Shown here: piece by piece, positions 29,543-40,341 of the stretch | How the letters are laid out: the number at the start of each line of letters is the position of its first letter | Position numbering within the stretch: the stretch's first letter is position 1 | DNA from: an uncultured Planctomycetaceae bacterium | Lineage (GTDB): Bacteria; Planctomycetota; Planctomycetia; Isosphaerales; Isosphaeraceae | Direction of reading: 5' to 3' | Length of the DNA: 64,000 nucleotides | Assembly (NCBI GenBank): GCA_963833985.1 | Contig: CAWIAD010000002.1 | Coordinates: 832,001-896,000, forward strand | The notes under the pieces: generated by a model | Database searches by the model: none | Told to the model about the DNA's origin: nothing | The model's input: the letters and a program-made list of their open reading frames with translations, nothing else | Program-made: the position numbers and the translations under genes

Positions 29543-30709
29543 ATGCAACGGATCAAAGAACTGGATTCGATTCGCGGTCTCGCCGCCCTGGCGATCGTGG
29601 TTTACCACCTCTGGCTGCCGCAGGTTGGCCTGCTGGGAGCCGCGGTGGATCTGTTCTTCGTGCTCTCTGGCTTCCTGATCACCACGATCCTTCTGACGAA
29701 CTCGCTGAGCCGCCAGTTCCTGGTCTCGTTCTATGCACGCCGTGCGCTGCGGATCTGGCCCATTTATTATCTTTCGCTGGGGTTGCTGGTGCTGCTGGTC
29801 CGGATTGTCCCCGATGCTGGACAGCTCGACGGGCTTCCGTATTTTGCAACCTTCACTCAGAACATCCCCTACTACTGCTCAAATTCGGCGCCCGCCTTCA
29901 TTCCCGCATTCCGTCATACCTGGAGCGTGGCCATCGAGGAGCAGTTTTACCTGTTCTGGCCGGCAGTGCTCTGGGTCCTGGGACGCCGAGCCGTCAGACC
30001 GGCTGCACTGACGCTGATTGTGCTGGCTGTGATGACCCGCGCGCTGGAGTTCAATGGCTGGATCCTCGTCTCTCACTGCGACGGCCTGGCACTGGGGGCA
30101 CTCCTCGCCAGCTGGAACCTCCTGGACGTGGAAGGGGAGGCACGGCGCGAGCGTTCCTTCTGGAAGCTGGGGCTGGCAAGCACAGGGTTCTGGGTGGGTA
30201 GTGCGCTGGCCCTCTACCTCGTTCCGTCAGACTGGCAATCCAGCCTGGTGCGGCCCGTTCAGAGCGTCCGCCTGCTCAGCCTGAACGTGGTATTTCTGGC
30301 CCTGGTCGGATCGATTGCCCGGAGTAGCGGTAGCCGCTGGCTGGGCGTTCTGCGCCTCTCCTGGCTCACGTACCTGGGCCAGATTAGTTACGGCCTGTAC
30401 CTCTACCACCATGTTGTGTTCATGCTATGGGATGATTACGCGGCACGGTATGGCATCGCGAACAATCTGGCCATCGATGTGGCCAAACTGGCCCTGAGCC
30501 TGGCGATAGCGGCATTGTCATGGAGATACATCGAGCAGCCGGCTCTGCGGCTGAAGACCTGGTTCTCCTATGAAACGGGCATGGCTCAAGGAGGCAGTGC
30601 ACGTGCGGATCGGACACCTCATGTGGCCATTCCGAGCTGTCTGGACGGAGCGATACCGCCGGTGCGGCCGCTCACGGCGGCATCCCTGGGCCCCCTGAAG
30701 GCGAGGTGA
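29543..30709 (+). CDS. Acyltransferase family 3 (OafA-like)
   Basis: LDSIRGLA, VDLFFVLSGFLI, RRALRI.P.Y, WSVAIEEQFY, LGQISYGLYLYH. Confidence 0.93.
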   Translation: MQRIKELDSIRGLAALAIVVYHLWLPQVGLLGAAVDLFFVLSGFLITTILLTNSLSRQFLVSFYARRALRIWPIYYLSLGLLVLLVRIVPDAGQLDGLPYFATFTQNIPYYCSNSAPAFIPAFRHTWSVAIEEQFYLFWPAVLWVLGRRAVRPAALTLIVLAVMTRALEFNGWILVSHCDGLALGALLASWNLLDVEGEARRERSFWKLGLASTGFWVGSALALYLVPSDWQSSLVRPVQSVRLLSLNVVFLALVGSIARSSGSRWLGVLRLSWLTYLGQISYGLYLYHHVVFMLWDDYAARYGIANNLAIDVAKLALSLAIAALSWRYIEQPALRLKTWFSYETGMAQGGSARADRTPHVAIPSCLDGAIPPVRPLTAASLGPLKAR

Positions 30710-30713
30710 GCCA

Positions 30714-32087
30714 GTGGACGGACAGTCCTACGTGTTCGTGACCGCGGGGGTGATCGTCACCTATTTCCTGGTGAACGTGGTCGCGCGCCGGTTCGATCCG
30801 TTCGCGCCGGTCTGGCTCTTCCTGGTAGGCTATGCACAGGTCTACGTCATCCAGGCCCTTTCCTATCAGGACTGGGCCCTGCGGGTTCGGGGTCCGGAGC
30901 TCGTGGCACAGGCCAATGCCCGGGCGCTCTGGGCACTGGTCTGGTTTCTGGTTTCCTATCACCTGGGGATTGGTCGCCTGCTGGCACCAAAACTGCCTCG
31001 GCCCCCCGGCGGCTGGTCGGCGCCTGTGGCGGTTGCAACGTCTCCCTTCCTTGTCATCTGGGGCCTGTACTGTGCGGGCGTTGTGATCCGGTCCGGGTCT
31101 CCCGGGGCCGATACCATCACCGCGGAGGAAGCACTCCTACGCTCCTTTCCCTTCGTGATGATGGTTGCCGCCATCTTGTTGATTGTCACAGGTCGTAACC
31201 TGAGCTCGCCCCAGCCAGTCTTCTTCCCACTCGGCCTGCTGGTGGCGGCGGGCTATGTCGCAATCTGGATGTTCAACGGCAAGCGCTCGCACTCGCTGAT
31301 CGGCGTGCTGGCCACCGTCTGTGCATGCTACATCACCCGGCTCAAGCGTCCCTCCTGGCCGGTCTTGCTGGCAACGTCGTTCACGGGGGCGCTTGTGGTT
31401 GCGATCGCCATCAACTGGCGAAACAACAATGACTATGAATTCTCCGCCTCCGGATTCACGCAGTATCTCTCCGAGTTCAAGATCGCCAAGATCCTTGAGA
31501 GCCTGAACATGGAGGAGCAGGATGGACCCGCCGAGGACATCAGCCATGAGACGACCGAGTACGGCGGCTTCCTGCTGATGATGGACACCGTGCCGGAGCG
31601 ATCGGAATATGACTACGGCCTCAATTATCTCCGCATCGTATCTACTTATGTACCGCGGATCCTCTGGCCGTCCAAGCCGGTCTTCGGCCGCGAGCAGTGG
31701 ATCGGCGCATGGAAGGCCGGCTCGGAGCTGGAACGGGATGATGATTTCACGGGCCCGGCCATCGGTATCCTGGGGGCCACCCAGCTCAACGGTGGAGTAG
31801 CTGCCACAGCGCTGGTCATGGCCCTGGCCGCGTTCCTTATTCGCACGGCCTACGAGTACTTCCGGCTTTATCCCGAGGTGCCGTGGGTTCAGTTCTGGTG
31901 GTCGATCACCTTCTTCAATGCCTGGTTCATGGTCGTCGGCGATGACCCGCTCACCTGGTTTTACTACAACTGGGGCTTCTCCGGGTTTCCCATCGTGGTG
32001 TTCATGTGGTGGGTCCATCGGCGGCTGAATCGCTCGACCGGAGACGCTTCATGCGCGCACCATGGCTCTATGGCTGTCTCCGCGTAG
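30714..32087 (+). CDS. Wzy-like polysaccharide polymerase (multi-TM)
   Basis: About 10 TM segments with a large loop and YVPRILWPSKP motif. Operon context. Confidence 0.7.
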   Translation: MDGQSYVFVTAGVIVTYFLVNVVARRFDPFAPVWLFLVGYAQVYVIQALSYQDWALRVRGPELVAQANARALWALVWFLVSYHLGIGRLLAPKLPRPPGGWSAPVAVATSPFLVIWGLYCAGVVIRSGSPGADTITAEEALLRSFPFVMMVAAILLIVTGRNLSSPQPVFFPLGLLVAAGYVAIWMFNGKRSHSLIGVLATVCACYITRLKRPSWPVLLATSFTGALVVAIAINWRNNNDYEFSASGFTQYLSEFKIAKILESLNMEEQDGPAEDISHETTEYGGFLLMMDTVPERSEYDYGLNYLRIVSTYVPRILWPSKPVFGREQWIGAWKAGSELERDDDFTGPAIGILGATQLNGGVAATALVMALAAFLIRTAYEYFRLYPEVPWVQFWWSITFFNAWFMVVGDDPLTWFYYNWGFSGFPIVVFMWWVHRRLNRSTGDASCAHHGSMAVSA

Positions 32088-32174
32088 CCTGGTTTTGCCC
32101 GGAACCCGAGAACCCTGGAGTCCGTCTGGAAGATGATGTCTGACTGCTCAAACGATGCAGGAAGGGGGCCAAGC

Positions 32175-33398
32175 ATGGGAGTGATGGCAAGCTGCCGGGC
32201 GGCCGTCCGCAGGATGCTGCCTGGCCCACTCTCATCGATCGAGAAGATTGATATTTGCCGTGGCCTGTTCGCATTTCTGGTGGTCGCGGCGCATGCGATG
32301 GACATCTCCTGGGTGATTCACCCCCAGGCGCCGGGAGCGCTTACACGCCCGGTTCATGACCTGCTGCTCTATGTTGCTGCCGCCGGAGTCTACTGGGTGA
32401 TCGGGTTTTTCGTGATCAGCGGCTACTGCATCCAGCTCTCTGTCGAGCGTCAGGTCCAGGGTCCTGGGTTCTCGCTGCGCCACTATCTGGCCGCACGCCT
32501 GTCGCGGATCTTGCCGCTGTACTACCTGGCACTTCTGGTTGCCGTGGTGGTCGAGTGGCTCATCGCGTCGGATCGGCCGCCATGCTGGCCGCAGGGAGTT
32601 GAGCTGCGGGCGTTCGCGGCCCAGTTGTTCGTGGTCCAGAACCTCACCCAGACGTATGGCTCGTTCGCACCTTCCTGGAGTATCACCAATGAGATGTTTT
32701 ATTACATCCTCTATGGACTGATCGTGAACGCGACGGCGCGTCGCGGGCTCCGGTCGACCATTCTGGGCATGGGCCTCTGTCTGGTCTCCGCGCTGCTCCT
32801 GGACTGGATCTACTTTTTCGGGTTCCGGACGGGGTATGTGCGAAGTCCAGGGCTGCTCTTTGGTCTGGGGATCATCTGGTTCCAGGGAGCTCTCGTGGCC
32901 GAGTATCGTGGGCGTCTTGGCCACTCGCGTCCGGCCCGGATTCTTTCCATGTTCTGGCCGCTGGTGCTCATCCTGGCGATGACGCTCTGGTACCTGCAAG
33001 CGGTCCATTTGCAGGTGGTGTACCTGGTGCTCGGCCTGGCGTTCACGCTCATGCTTGTGCGATTCGTGGCCACCGAGCCTGCCCGTTCCATCCCTGCTTC
33101 CCGAAGAAAACTCGGAGCGTTTATCCGCTTGCTCGGACTGGCAAGCTATCCCACCTACGTTTTTCACGGCCCGATCCTCCTGTTCACCGGTTCGGTGATC
33201 ATGCACTGGAACCTGGTTGCCGACTGGCGAGTGACCTGGCTGCTGCTGGCGACTGTGGGCACTGGCTCGGGACTGTTCCTGGGCCACGTGCTTGAGCGTC
33301 CGGTCATGGCCTGGCGGGCACGGTACCTGGCGCGCCTTGCAAGGCCGCAGCCAACGGTACTGCTGGGAAGTGAGCCTATCCTGGGAACCACTCAGTAA
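32175..33398 (+). CDS. Acyltransferase family 3
   Basis: IDICRGL, FFVISGY, RLSRILPLY, WSITNEMFYY, LGLASYPTYVFH. Confidence 0.9.
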   Translation: MGVMASCRAAVRRMLPGPLSSIEKIDICRGLFAFLVVAAHAMDISWVIHPQAPGALTRPVHDLLLYVAAAGVYWVIGFFVISGYCIQLSVERQVQGPGFSLRHYLAARLSRILPLYYLALLVAVVVEWLIASDRPPCWPQGVELRAFAAQLFVVQNLTQTYGSFAPSWSITNEMFYYILYGLIVNATARRGLRSTILGMGLCLVSALLLDWIYFFGFRTGYVRSPGLLFGLGIIWFQGALVAEYRGRLGHSRPARILSMFWPLVLILAMTLWYLQAVHLQVVYLVLGLAFTLMLVRFVATEPARSIPASRRKLGAFIRLLGLASYPTYVFHGPILLFTGSVIMHWNLVADWRVTWLLLATVGTGSGLFLGHVLERPVMAWRARYLARLARPQPTVLLGSEPILGTTQ

Positions 33399-33416
33399 GT
33401 TCCCGCGGGAAGAGGT

Positions 33417-34616
33417 ATGGACATGATCTTCTCACTCTGCTTTACCAATTTCGGGCCTTATCACCTGGCCCGTCTGCGAGCGCTCGCCAGTGCCTTACGC
33501 GAGCGCGGTGATTGCCTGATCGTCTATGAGATGGCAGCCACCGAGCAGACTTACCCCTGGCAGCGATCCAGGCAGTCCGAGCCTTTCGACTGGATCACGC
33601 TGTTCCCGGATCGCGTGCTGGAGAGCGTGAGCCCGAGGGCCTGTGCCAAAGCCATGACACGGGTTCTCGACCGTGACCAGCCTGATGCCCTGGGAATCGT
33701 GGGCTATGCCCGGCCCGAGTCCATGGCCGCGGTGCGCTGGGCGCGGCGACACGGACGCACAGCGATCTTGATGTCGGAGAGTCAGGCCATTGACCGGCCG
33801 CGCACCTGGTGGAAAGAGCTGATCAAGCGGCAGCGGGTGAGCCGCTTCGATGCCGCCCTCGTCGGTGGTCCCGCACACCGTGACTACCTTGCCGATCTGG
33901 GAATGTCTACGGATCAGATTACCCTGGGCTACAATGCAGTGGACAACGGGTTTTATCGTGATCAGGCTGCGGCCTGGCGGAATCACCCTGAGGGACGAAC
34001 CTGCCTGCCAACGGCTCCGTACTTCCTGTCTGTTTGCCGCTTTGTGCCCGAGAAGAACTTACTGCGGCTCATCAAGGCATTTGCTCACCATCGTGACCAG
34101 GCCCCTCCAAATGAGGCATGGGAGCTGGTTCTCTGCGGCGACGGTCCGCAAGCGGGCCAGATCGAGGAAGCCATCCGCACCAGCGGTCATGCGGGGGCAA
34201 TCCACCGACCCGGCTTTTTGCAGGCTGCCGAGCTGTGCCGGCTCTATGCATATGCAGCAGGATTCATCCTTCCCAGCATCTCGGAACCCTGGGGTCTAGT
34301 CGCCAACGAGGCCGCGAGTACGGGCCTGCCCTTGCTCATCTCGGACCGGGCCGGTTGTGCCGCCACGCTCGTTCCTGAGGCTCAGCCCACCTCGGGCGCC
34401 CGGTTTGATCCCTTCGATGTTGAGGAGATCTGTCAAAAGCTCACGTGGCTTTCAGCGCTCTCGGAGTCTGACCGCCGGTCCATGGGCGAACGTGCCGCTC
34501 AGATCGTGGATGCCTGGGGCCCCGATCGGTTTGCCCGGGGAACCCTCGAGGCGCTGGAGCGAGCCGCCCGGCCGACACGACACGCTCGATTCCCTGTCCT
34601 CGAAGCAGTGAGGTGA
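33417..34616 (+). CDS. Glycosyltransferase family 4
   Basis: RFVPEKN, LPSISEPWGLVANEAASTGLP. Confidence 0.92.
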   Translation: MDMIFSLCFTNFGPYHLARLRALASALRERGDCLIVYEMAATEQTYPWQRSRQSEPFDWITLFPDRVLESVSPRACAKAMTRVLDRDQPDALGIVGYARPESMAAVRWARRHGRTAILMSESQAIDRPRTWWKELIKRQRVSRFDAALVGGPAHRDYLADLGMSTDQITLGYNAVDNGFYRDQAAAWRNHPEGRTCLPTAPYFLSVCRFVPEKNLLRLIKAFAHHRDQAPPNEAWELVLCGDGPQAGQIEEAIRTSGHAGAIHRPGFLQAAELCRLYAYAAGFILPSISEPWGLVANEAASTGLPLLISDRAGCAATLVPEAQPTSGARFDPFDVEEICQKLTWLSALSESDRRSMGERAAQIVDAWGPDRFARGTLEALERAARPTRHARFPVLEAVR

Positions 34617-34620
34617 TGTC

Positions 34621-35811
34621 ATGAGCACAGCTCAGGCCGTTCCGGAACTTCAGCAGGAAGTGAGCCGACACACCGGACACAGCCGCTGGCTGCACATCTG
34701 TAATGGGCTTGATCCCATACGCGACGGCGGCATGGTGCCCAGCATTCTGGGCATGACCGGGGCGATCCGCCGGCTGGGTAGCGACGTCGGTATCCTGACA
34801 CCTACGGCCTCCCGGATCGATGCGCTGCCGGCTGAGGTATTTCCTTGTCTCCGAGGTCCGGAGACCAGCCTGGAAGCGGCTGTCCGAGCCGCCGAGGTTG
34901 TTCATCTTCACGGCCTCTGGCAAGGGCATATCCGGCGCGGGGCGAGAACCGCGCGCACGGCGCATGTGCCCTACCTGATCACCGCTCATGGCATGGCCGA
35001 GCCCTGGGCCTTGCGGCACAAGCGGTGGAAGAAGGAGCTTTACCTCAGGCTCGTCGAATCGCGAAACCTGCGTCAGGCTGCCTGTCTGCATGCGCTGTCG
35101 CGCCCCGAGATCGGACATCTGAGACACCTGGCGCCATGGACGCCGGTCTGCTTCGTACCCAACGGAGTTCAACTCGACGTCTTTGATCACCTGCCGCCAC
35201 GAGCTTGCCTGGAGCAAGAGTTCCCGGAGCTGAAGGACAAATTTGTGCTCCTGTTTTTCGGCCGGGTACACGTCAAGAAAGGGCTTGATCTCCTGGCCAC
35301 GGCGATGGGCCATCTGGCGCGCGAGTTTACTGATCTCCACCTGCTGGTTGCAGGCAAGGACGATGGCGCCTGGAAGCCGTTCCATGCGCGGATGCAGTCG
35401 CTCAGGCTGGCAGATCGAACGACCTATGCGGGGTACGTGGCCGGCGAGCGTGCCCGCCGGGTCTGGGCCGCGGCCGACGCCTTCGTTCTACCCAGCTACA
35501 GCGAGGGCTTCAGCATGGCGATCCTCGAGGCTCTTGCCTGTTCGCTCCCCTGTGTGATCACGACGGCATGCCACTTCCCGGAGCTGGCGAGTGCCCAGGG
35601 GGCCATTGTTGTTGAACCCGAGGAAGCTGGAGTCACCCAGGGACTGCGCGGGCTCCTGGAACGGAGCCACGACGAGCGCCTGCGGATGGGACAGATGGGC
35701 CGGCAACTCGTTGAGCGTGACTATACCTGGGATCAACAAGCACAGCGCCTGGTAGCTGTCTATCACTGGCTACGCGGTGGTGGGGCCCGACCCGACTGTG
35801 TGGTGCTTTGA
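34621..35811 (+). CDS. Glycosyltransferase family 4
   Basis: GRVHVKKG, LPSYSEGFSMAILEALACSLP. Confidence 0.92.
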   Translation: MSTAQAVPELQQEVSRHTGHSRWLHICNGLDPIRDGGMVPSILGMTGAIRRLGSDVGILTPTASRIDALPAEVFPCLRGPETSLEAAVRAAEVVHLHGLWQGHIRRGARTARTAHVPYLITAHGMAEPWALRHKRWKKELYLRLVESRNLRQAACLHALSRPEIGHLRHLAPWTPVCFVPNGVQLDVFDHLPPRACLEQEFPELKDKFVLLFFGRVHVKKGLDLLATAMGHLAREFTDLHLLVAGKDDGAWKPFHARMQSLRLADRTTYAGYVAGERARRVWAAADAFVLPSYSEGFSMAILEALACSLPCVITTACHFPELASAQGAIVVEPEEAGVTQGLRGLLERSHDERLRMGQMGRQLVERDYTWDQQAQRLVAVYHWLRGGGARPDCVVL

Positions 35812-35856
35812 GTGCGCCTTGAGCACGGCCCTGTACTACTGGTGGAGATCTGAACC

Positions 35857-36846
35857 ATGCCTCTTGCCCACGCTCTGACTCACAAATCCCCGCACAGTGA
35901 AGTGCCCCAGCGCGCGCTGACTGCGCTCAAGACCCCTGTGAGCGTGATTGTGCCCGTGAAGAATGAGGCAGAAAACCTCAATCGGTGTCTGGCGGCACTT
36001 ACCTGGACCGATGAGGTTTTCGTGGTGGACAGCCAGAGCAGCGATGCAACAGCCAATGTGGCAGCCACGTTCGGTGCCACGGTCGTTCAGTTCCACTACA
36101 ACGGGACCTATCCCAAGAAGAAGAACTGGGCCCTGGAGAACCTCGACTTCCGCAATGACTGGGTCCTGATCGTCGATGCCGATGAAGTGGTGCCTTCGGA
36201 GCTGGCGACGGAGATCACTGAACGCGTTCAGTCAGAGGAGGCCGAGGGCTATTATCTGAATTCCAGGTACTTCTTCCTGGGCCGGTGGATCCGCCATTGC
36301 GGCTATGCGGAATGCTGGAACCTGCGGCTCTTCCGGCACCACCTTGGCCGCTACGAGCGCATGGTGGACCACACCGCGGGCCGGACAGGCGATAACGAAG
36401 CTCACGAGCATGTCGAGCTTGATGGCCGGGCGCTGTACCTTACACATGAGCTGGAACATCATGCATACCCGACCATCGCTACCTGGGTCGAGAAGCATAA
36501 TCGCTACGCCGTCTGGGAAGCCGCAATGTATGAGCGGTTCCTGAACGAGCCAGTGCCTGCGATGATCGGCCGTGGCAAACAGTTCAAGCGATGGCTCAAG
36601 AAGATCTACCTGCGCTTGCCCATGCGCCCCCTGGTCCGTTTCCTCTACTCCTACATCATCCGGCTTGGTTTCCTGGATGGAAAGGCAGGGCTGGTCTTCT
36701 GTACCTTGCTCTCGTTTTACGATTTTCTCTGCTGGGCGAACGTCTACGAGCAAGAGATGACGCAAAGCGGAATCATCAGTTGCACTGAGCAAAGCCAGTC
36801 AAAACAGGGCGACCGCTCCTGCATGGAACGGTCGCCCTCTGCTTGA
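35857..36846 (+). CDS. Glycosyltransferase family 2
   Basis: VIVPVKNE, VDSQSSD, KKNWAL, VDADE (DxD), HEH, LGFLDG. Confidence 0.92.
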   Translation: MPLAHALTHKSPHSEVPQRALTALKTPVSVIVPVKNEAENLNRCLAALTWTDEVFVVDSQSSDATANVAATFGATVVQFHYNGTYPKKKNWALENLDFRNDWVLIVDADEVVPSELATEITERVQSEEAEGYYLNSRYFFLGRWIRHCGYAECWNLRLFRHHLGRYERMVDHTAGRTGDNEAHEHVELDGRALYLTHELEHHAYPTIATWVEKHNRYAVWEAAMYERFLNEPVPAMIGRGKQFKRWLKKIYLRLPMRPLVRFLYSYIIRLGFLDGKAGLVFCTLLSFYDFLCWANVYEQEMTQSGIISCTEQSQSKQGDRSCMERSPSA

Positions 36847-36883
36847 CAGCCTGGGTGCCGAAGTGGCCTGACGCCATGCCGGC

Positions 36884-38395
36884 TCAAGAGCCGTTGGTTG
36901 CGGGCGGAATGAAGTTGGTGGAGAGGGGAATGGCATTGAATTCGTTCGCGCCGATGGTGGCGATCTGCGAACTCGTCAGGCCAATCTGCATCGCCGCCTG
37001 GGCCGAGACCCAGTGCCGTTGGCCGCCACTCATCTGGTCCACTTCTCCTGTCTGATTGTTCTGAATGAAGATCCCGTTGGGATAGTAGGCGTTCCCCTGC
37101 GGGATGGCGTTGTACTGCGTGGAGGTCACCGGGATCAACTGCGTGTTACTCAGGCCCATCACCGTGGCGACAGGTGTGTCAACCACGTGGTTGTAACGCC
37201 CGCTATACTGTGAGATCTCACCGGTTGTCTCGTTCTGGAGGAATGCCCCCTGAGGGTAATAGTCCAGCCCTTGCGGGATCTGGTTGAACTGGCTTGCGCT
37301 GATAGCCGTGACCTGGGAAGCCGGGAAGTTCATCATGGTTGCTACTTGCACTGAAATCCAGTGCCGCTGACCGCCACTGTAGAGATCGACCTCACTGGTC
37401 TGGGCGTTCTGGATGAGCATGCCTTCAGGGAAGTAGTCGTTTCCCTTGGATACCTTGTTGTACTGGTCGGCCGTGATGGTCACCACGTTGCTGCCGTTGA
37501 GCCCCATCTTGGTAGCCACGGGAACGGACACGAGATGGAATTCACCACTGGAGTACTGAGAGATCTCTCCCGTGGACGCGTTCCGCAGGTACATTCCATC
37601 CGGGAAATAATCGGACCCTTGCGGAATCAGGTTAAAGTTATTTGAGTTCACATAAGTCAATTGGGTTGTGTTGATGCCCATCTGGATCGCGACCGGCGGC
37701 GAGACCAGGTGCCGGCTTCCGCTGCTGTACTGATCGATCTCACCGGTCTGCGCATTGACGATGAGCGTGCCGTCCGGAAATGTGGGCGGAGCGGGCGTGG
37801 GAGTCGGGGTCGGAGTTGGAGTCGGAGTCGGAGTCGGAGTTGGGGTTGGGGTTGGGGTTGGAGTTGGCGTCGGGGTCGGAGTTGGCATCGGAGTCGGAGT
37901 AGGGGTCCCAGTTGGAGTCGGAGTCGGAGTTGGGGTGGCCGTTGGCGTCGGAGTGGGGGTTGGCGTCGATGTTGGAGTGGGGGTCGGCGTGGGGGTCGGC
38001 GTTGCTGTTGCGGTGGGGGTCGGGGTGGGGGTCGGCGTTTGCGTTGATGCCGGCGTGGGGGTCGGCGTTTGCGTTGATGCCGGCGTGGGGGTCGGTGTAG
38101 CGGTCGGGGTCGTAACTGAATTACTGGTGGGGCTCCCGTTCACCGTGGTTTCCACGTTCACGGGAACGTTGATCATCGGCGACTGGGCCTGCGTCTGCAT
38201 GATGCGCAGGATTCGTGTCGGTCGGGCATGCGGCAAGGGATGGCGGACGATCCGCACATGCGCGTGCGGAAGCCTGGCATGATGGACGGCCGAGAGCAGC
38301 ACCCGCCCCTCGAGGTCTTCCAGCGTAGTATGGAAATCGACTTTGCGGCGAGTGGTCTGACCCGCGAGTCCGTTCATGGAATGAGCGTGAAACAT
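36884..38395 (-). CDS. Exported LEPRxLL-type protein with Thr-Pro linker and five ~58-aa C-terminal repeats
   Basis: [11 protein letters not shown] motif, (TP)n tract, and repeats [FY]P.G..I.N..TGE...YS.G..H.VS..VA..MG...Q...V...FN.IPQG.DY. Confidence 0.85.
   Translation of the reverse strand: MFHAHSMNGLAGQTTRRKVDFHTTLEDLEGRVLLSAVHHARLPHAHVRIVRHPLPHARPTRILRIMQTQAQSPMINVPVNVETTVNGSPTSNSVTTPTATPTPTPASTQTPTPTPASTQTPTPTPTPTATATPTPTPTPTPTSTPTPTPTPTATPTPTPTPTGTPTPTPMPTPTPTPTPTPTPTPTPTPTPTPTPTPTPTPAPPTFPDGTLIVNAQTGEIDQYSSGSRHLVSPPVAIQMGINTTQLTYVNSNNFNLIPQGSDYFPDGMYLRNASTGEISQYSSGEFHLVSVPVATKMGLNGSNVVTITADQYNKVSKGNDYFPEGMLIQNAQTSEVDLYSGGQRHWISVQVATMMNFPASQVTAISASQFNQIPQGLDYYPQGAFLQNETTGEISQYSGRYNHVVDTPVATVMGLSNTQLIPVTSTQYNAIPQGNAYYPNGIFIQNNQTGEVDQMSGGQRHWVSAQAAMQIGLTSSQIATIGANEFNAIPLSTNFIPPATNGS
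37794..38112 (-). repeat. Hexamer-based low-complexity repeat encoding the Thr-Pro linker
   Basis: GGAGTC/GGGGTC/GGAGTT runs on + strand, plus a duplicated 30-bp unit at ~38028-38090. Confidence 0.9.
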
Positions 38396-38697
38396 GCCCC
38401 CTGAGCCCTCCTGGCTGAAAGGTTCCTTGCAGAGCCGGCCGTCAAATCACGAAATCTTGCATGATCGTGATTTGCGGCAAACTCCACACGCAAGCTCATC
38501 GAAGTACTGTCGGCAAGAGCCGTTGAATTCTTGAGTGATTCCCGGATACCTGCCCGGTGAATGATGGCAGGTGATCGGGCATCATCGTGTCAGAGCGGAG
38601 GGCCCCTTCGCAGTTCTTGGGGCTTCCCGCTCCTTTGTTCCCATGCTCAACGGGTTGCTGGTTGTGCCATCTGCTCGGGGATATTTCAGCTGGTCGG

Positions 38698-40341
38698 TCA
38701 GCGTGGGGGAGATGGCGGCGTCTCACTGCGGCGGAATGGTGAGTCAAAGAGCGGGGTCGAGACAGCAGGGTTTGGTGGTGCTGCACTCGAGCCTGGGGCA
38801 GATCCTGAGCGGGAACTGGCATTCGTGGCGGCCGCCTCAGCCTGGTTGAGCATTCCCTGGATGAGGGTCGGGGTGCCGAGCGCCAGCAAGAGGTCTGCCT
38901 GTGCCTGAGTGGCGGCCCAGATCGCATCGATCTCGGCCGTCTTGAGCTGGATCAGCCGCTGCCGTGCCTGGATCAGCTTGGTCAGGTCGGCCTGTCCCTG
39001 TTCGAACAGCCGTTCGAGCCTGCTCACTTCCCGTGTGAGCTCGGCAGTCAGGCCCACCGTCTCTTTCACAAGGCCGGATGCGCCATTCCATTTCGAGAGT
39101 GCTGAACGGACCTGCGACACAGCTCGCCGCTGGGCCTGCTCCAACGCCAGGTGCGCCCGGCAGTGGTCGGCCACACGCTGGCGGACAAGGGGCGTGCCCG
39201 TGTTCCAGATCGGGATGGGCGTGATGTAGACCAGGCCAATGTACTGGATCCCGGCTTCGTCCATGGCATACTGCGGGCCGATAACCGGGCTGGGAATACG
39301 GTCGGCGCGCGACAGGTTCTCGGCGGCCTTGGTTCCGCGCACCGCGGCCTGTGCGGCGAGAATGTCCGGGCGGTTCTGAAGAGCCAGATCGATGAGCTCT
39401 TGCTCCTTGGCCGGGGGAATGAACGGAGGCAGCGTGAACTCTCCCAGCGGTTCGGCTGCACCCGCGGATTCCGGAATGCCCATCTGGTTGCGCAAATCAG
39501 TCAAGGCCGTGACGTAATCCTGCTGTGCCGCGGTGACGAGCTGCCGCGTTGCCTGGTTCTCAACACGGGCCAGGACGACATCCGCGGCAAGAATCTGGTT
39601 GGCCCTGAGCCGCCGTTCCAACGTTTGCAGCAGCCGCTCATTGAAGTCTGCCAGCTCGGTGGCCACCTTGAGCCGCTCGCGCCGGTAGGCAGCCGTCTCG
39701 AAGAAGCGGTAGGCCTGTACCAGGGCAAGTAACTCGGCCTGCACCACAGTCCAGCGCTGCTGGTCAAACGCCGCCTGCGCAATGTGGTACCGGTGCGTGG
39801 TCTGGTGGCCAAGCTCAATGGGCTGCCGAAGGGAAAGGTAGAAATAGAACTGGCCGAAGTGGTAATAACCGGTATTCGTCTTCTGGCCGCCCCCTCCAAA
39901 GGGATTTTGCGGAATCAGCGTGATGGGACGCAGGTCACACCACAATGTCGGGTTCAGCGTGGTGGGGAAATGCCGTGCCACCTCGACAGCCTCGGCGGAT
40001 GGCGTCGTGGGGCTGCCCAGACGCAGCGTGGCCAGATCAGGATTGCTGGTCAACGTCCCGAAGAGTGCAGCTTGCAGGCTCACCGACTGGCTGCCGACGC
40101 TCGGGCTTGCCGCCTCGCGAGGGACACTTGCCGGTGGGATGGGAGGAGCCATGTTCATGCCAAAGGGTTGGCTGTCTTGAGGCCCGTTCTGGGTGCGCCG
40201 CAGCGGTGGATCTCTACGTGGATTGGGGACCGGGGCCGGGGCATTGGGTTTCTGAGGGAGGTCGCCGGCCAGGCACGTGCCGACGAAGAAGCCGATCATC
40301 CAAACAGGTCTTTGCAATGCAATGAGCGGGCGCATGGGCAT
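38698..40341 (-). CDS. TolC-family outer-membrane efflux protein
   Basis: Helical OEP pattern: AL..NPDL, LRQPIELG, ALQNRPDI, LFEQGQ.DL..LIQARQ. Confidence 0.85.
   Translation of the reverse strand: MPMRPLIALQRPVWMIGFFVGTCLAGDLPQKPNAPAPVPNPRRDPPLRRTQNGPQDSQPFGMNMAPPIPPASVPREAASPSVGSQSVSLQAALFGTLTSNPDLATLRLGSPTTPSAEAVEVARHFPTTLNPTLWCDLRPITLIPQNPFGGGGQKTNTGYYHFGQFYFYLSLRQPIELGHQTTHRYHIAQAAFDQQRWTVVQAELLALVQAYRFFETAAYRRERLKVATELADFNERLLQTLERRLRANQILAADVVLARVENQATRQLVTAAQQDYVTALTDLRNQMGIPESAGAAEPLGEFTLPPFIPPAKEQELIDLALQNRPDILAAQAAVRGTKAAENLSRADRIPSPVIGPQYAMDEAGIQYIGLVYITPIPIWNTGTPLVRQRVADHCRAHLALEQAQRRAVSQVRSALSKWNGASGLVKETVGLTAELTREVSRLERLFEQGQADLTKLIQARQRLIQLKTAEIDAIWAATQAQADLLLALGTPTLIQGMLNQAEAAATNASSRSGSAPGSSAAPPNPAVSTPLFDSPFRRSETPPSPPR

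Noticed and set aside
37755..38282. Gly-Val repeat ORF
   Set aside because: It is the reverse-strand reading of the Thr-Pro linker.
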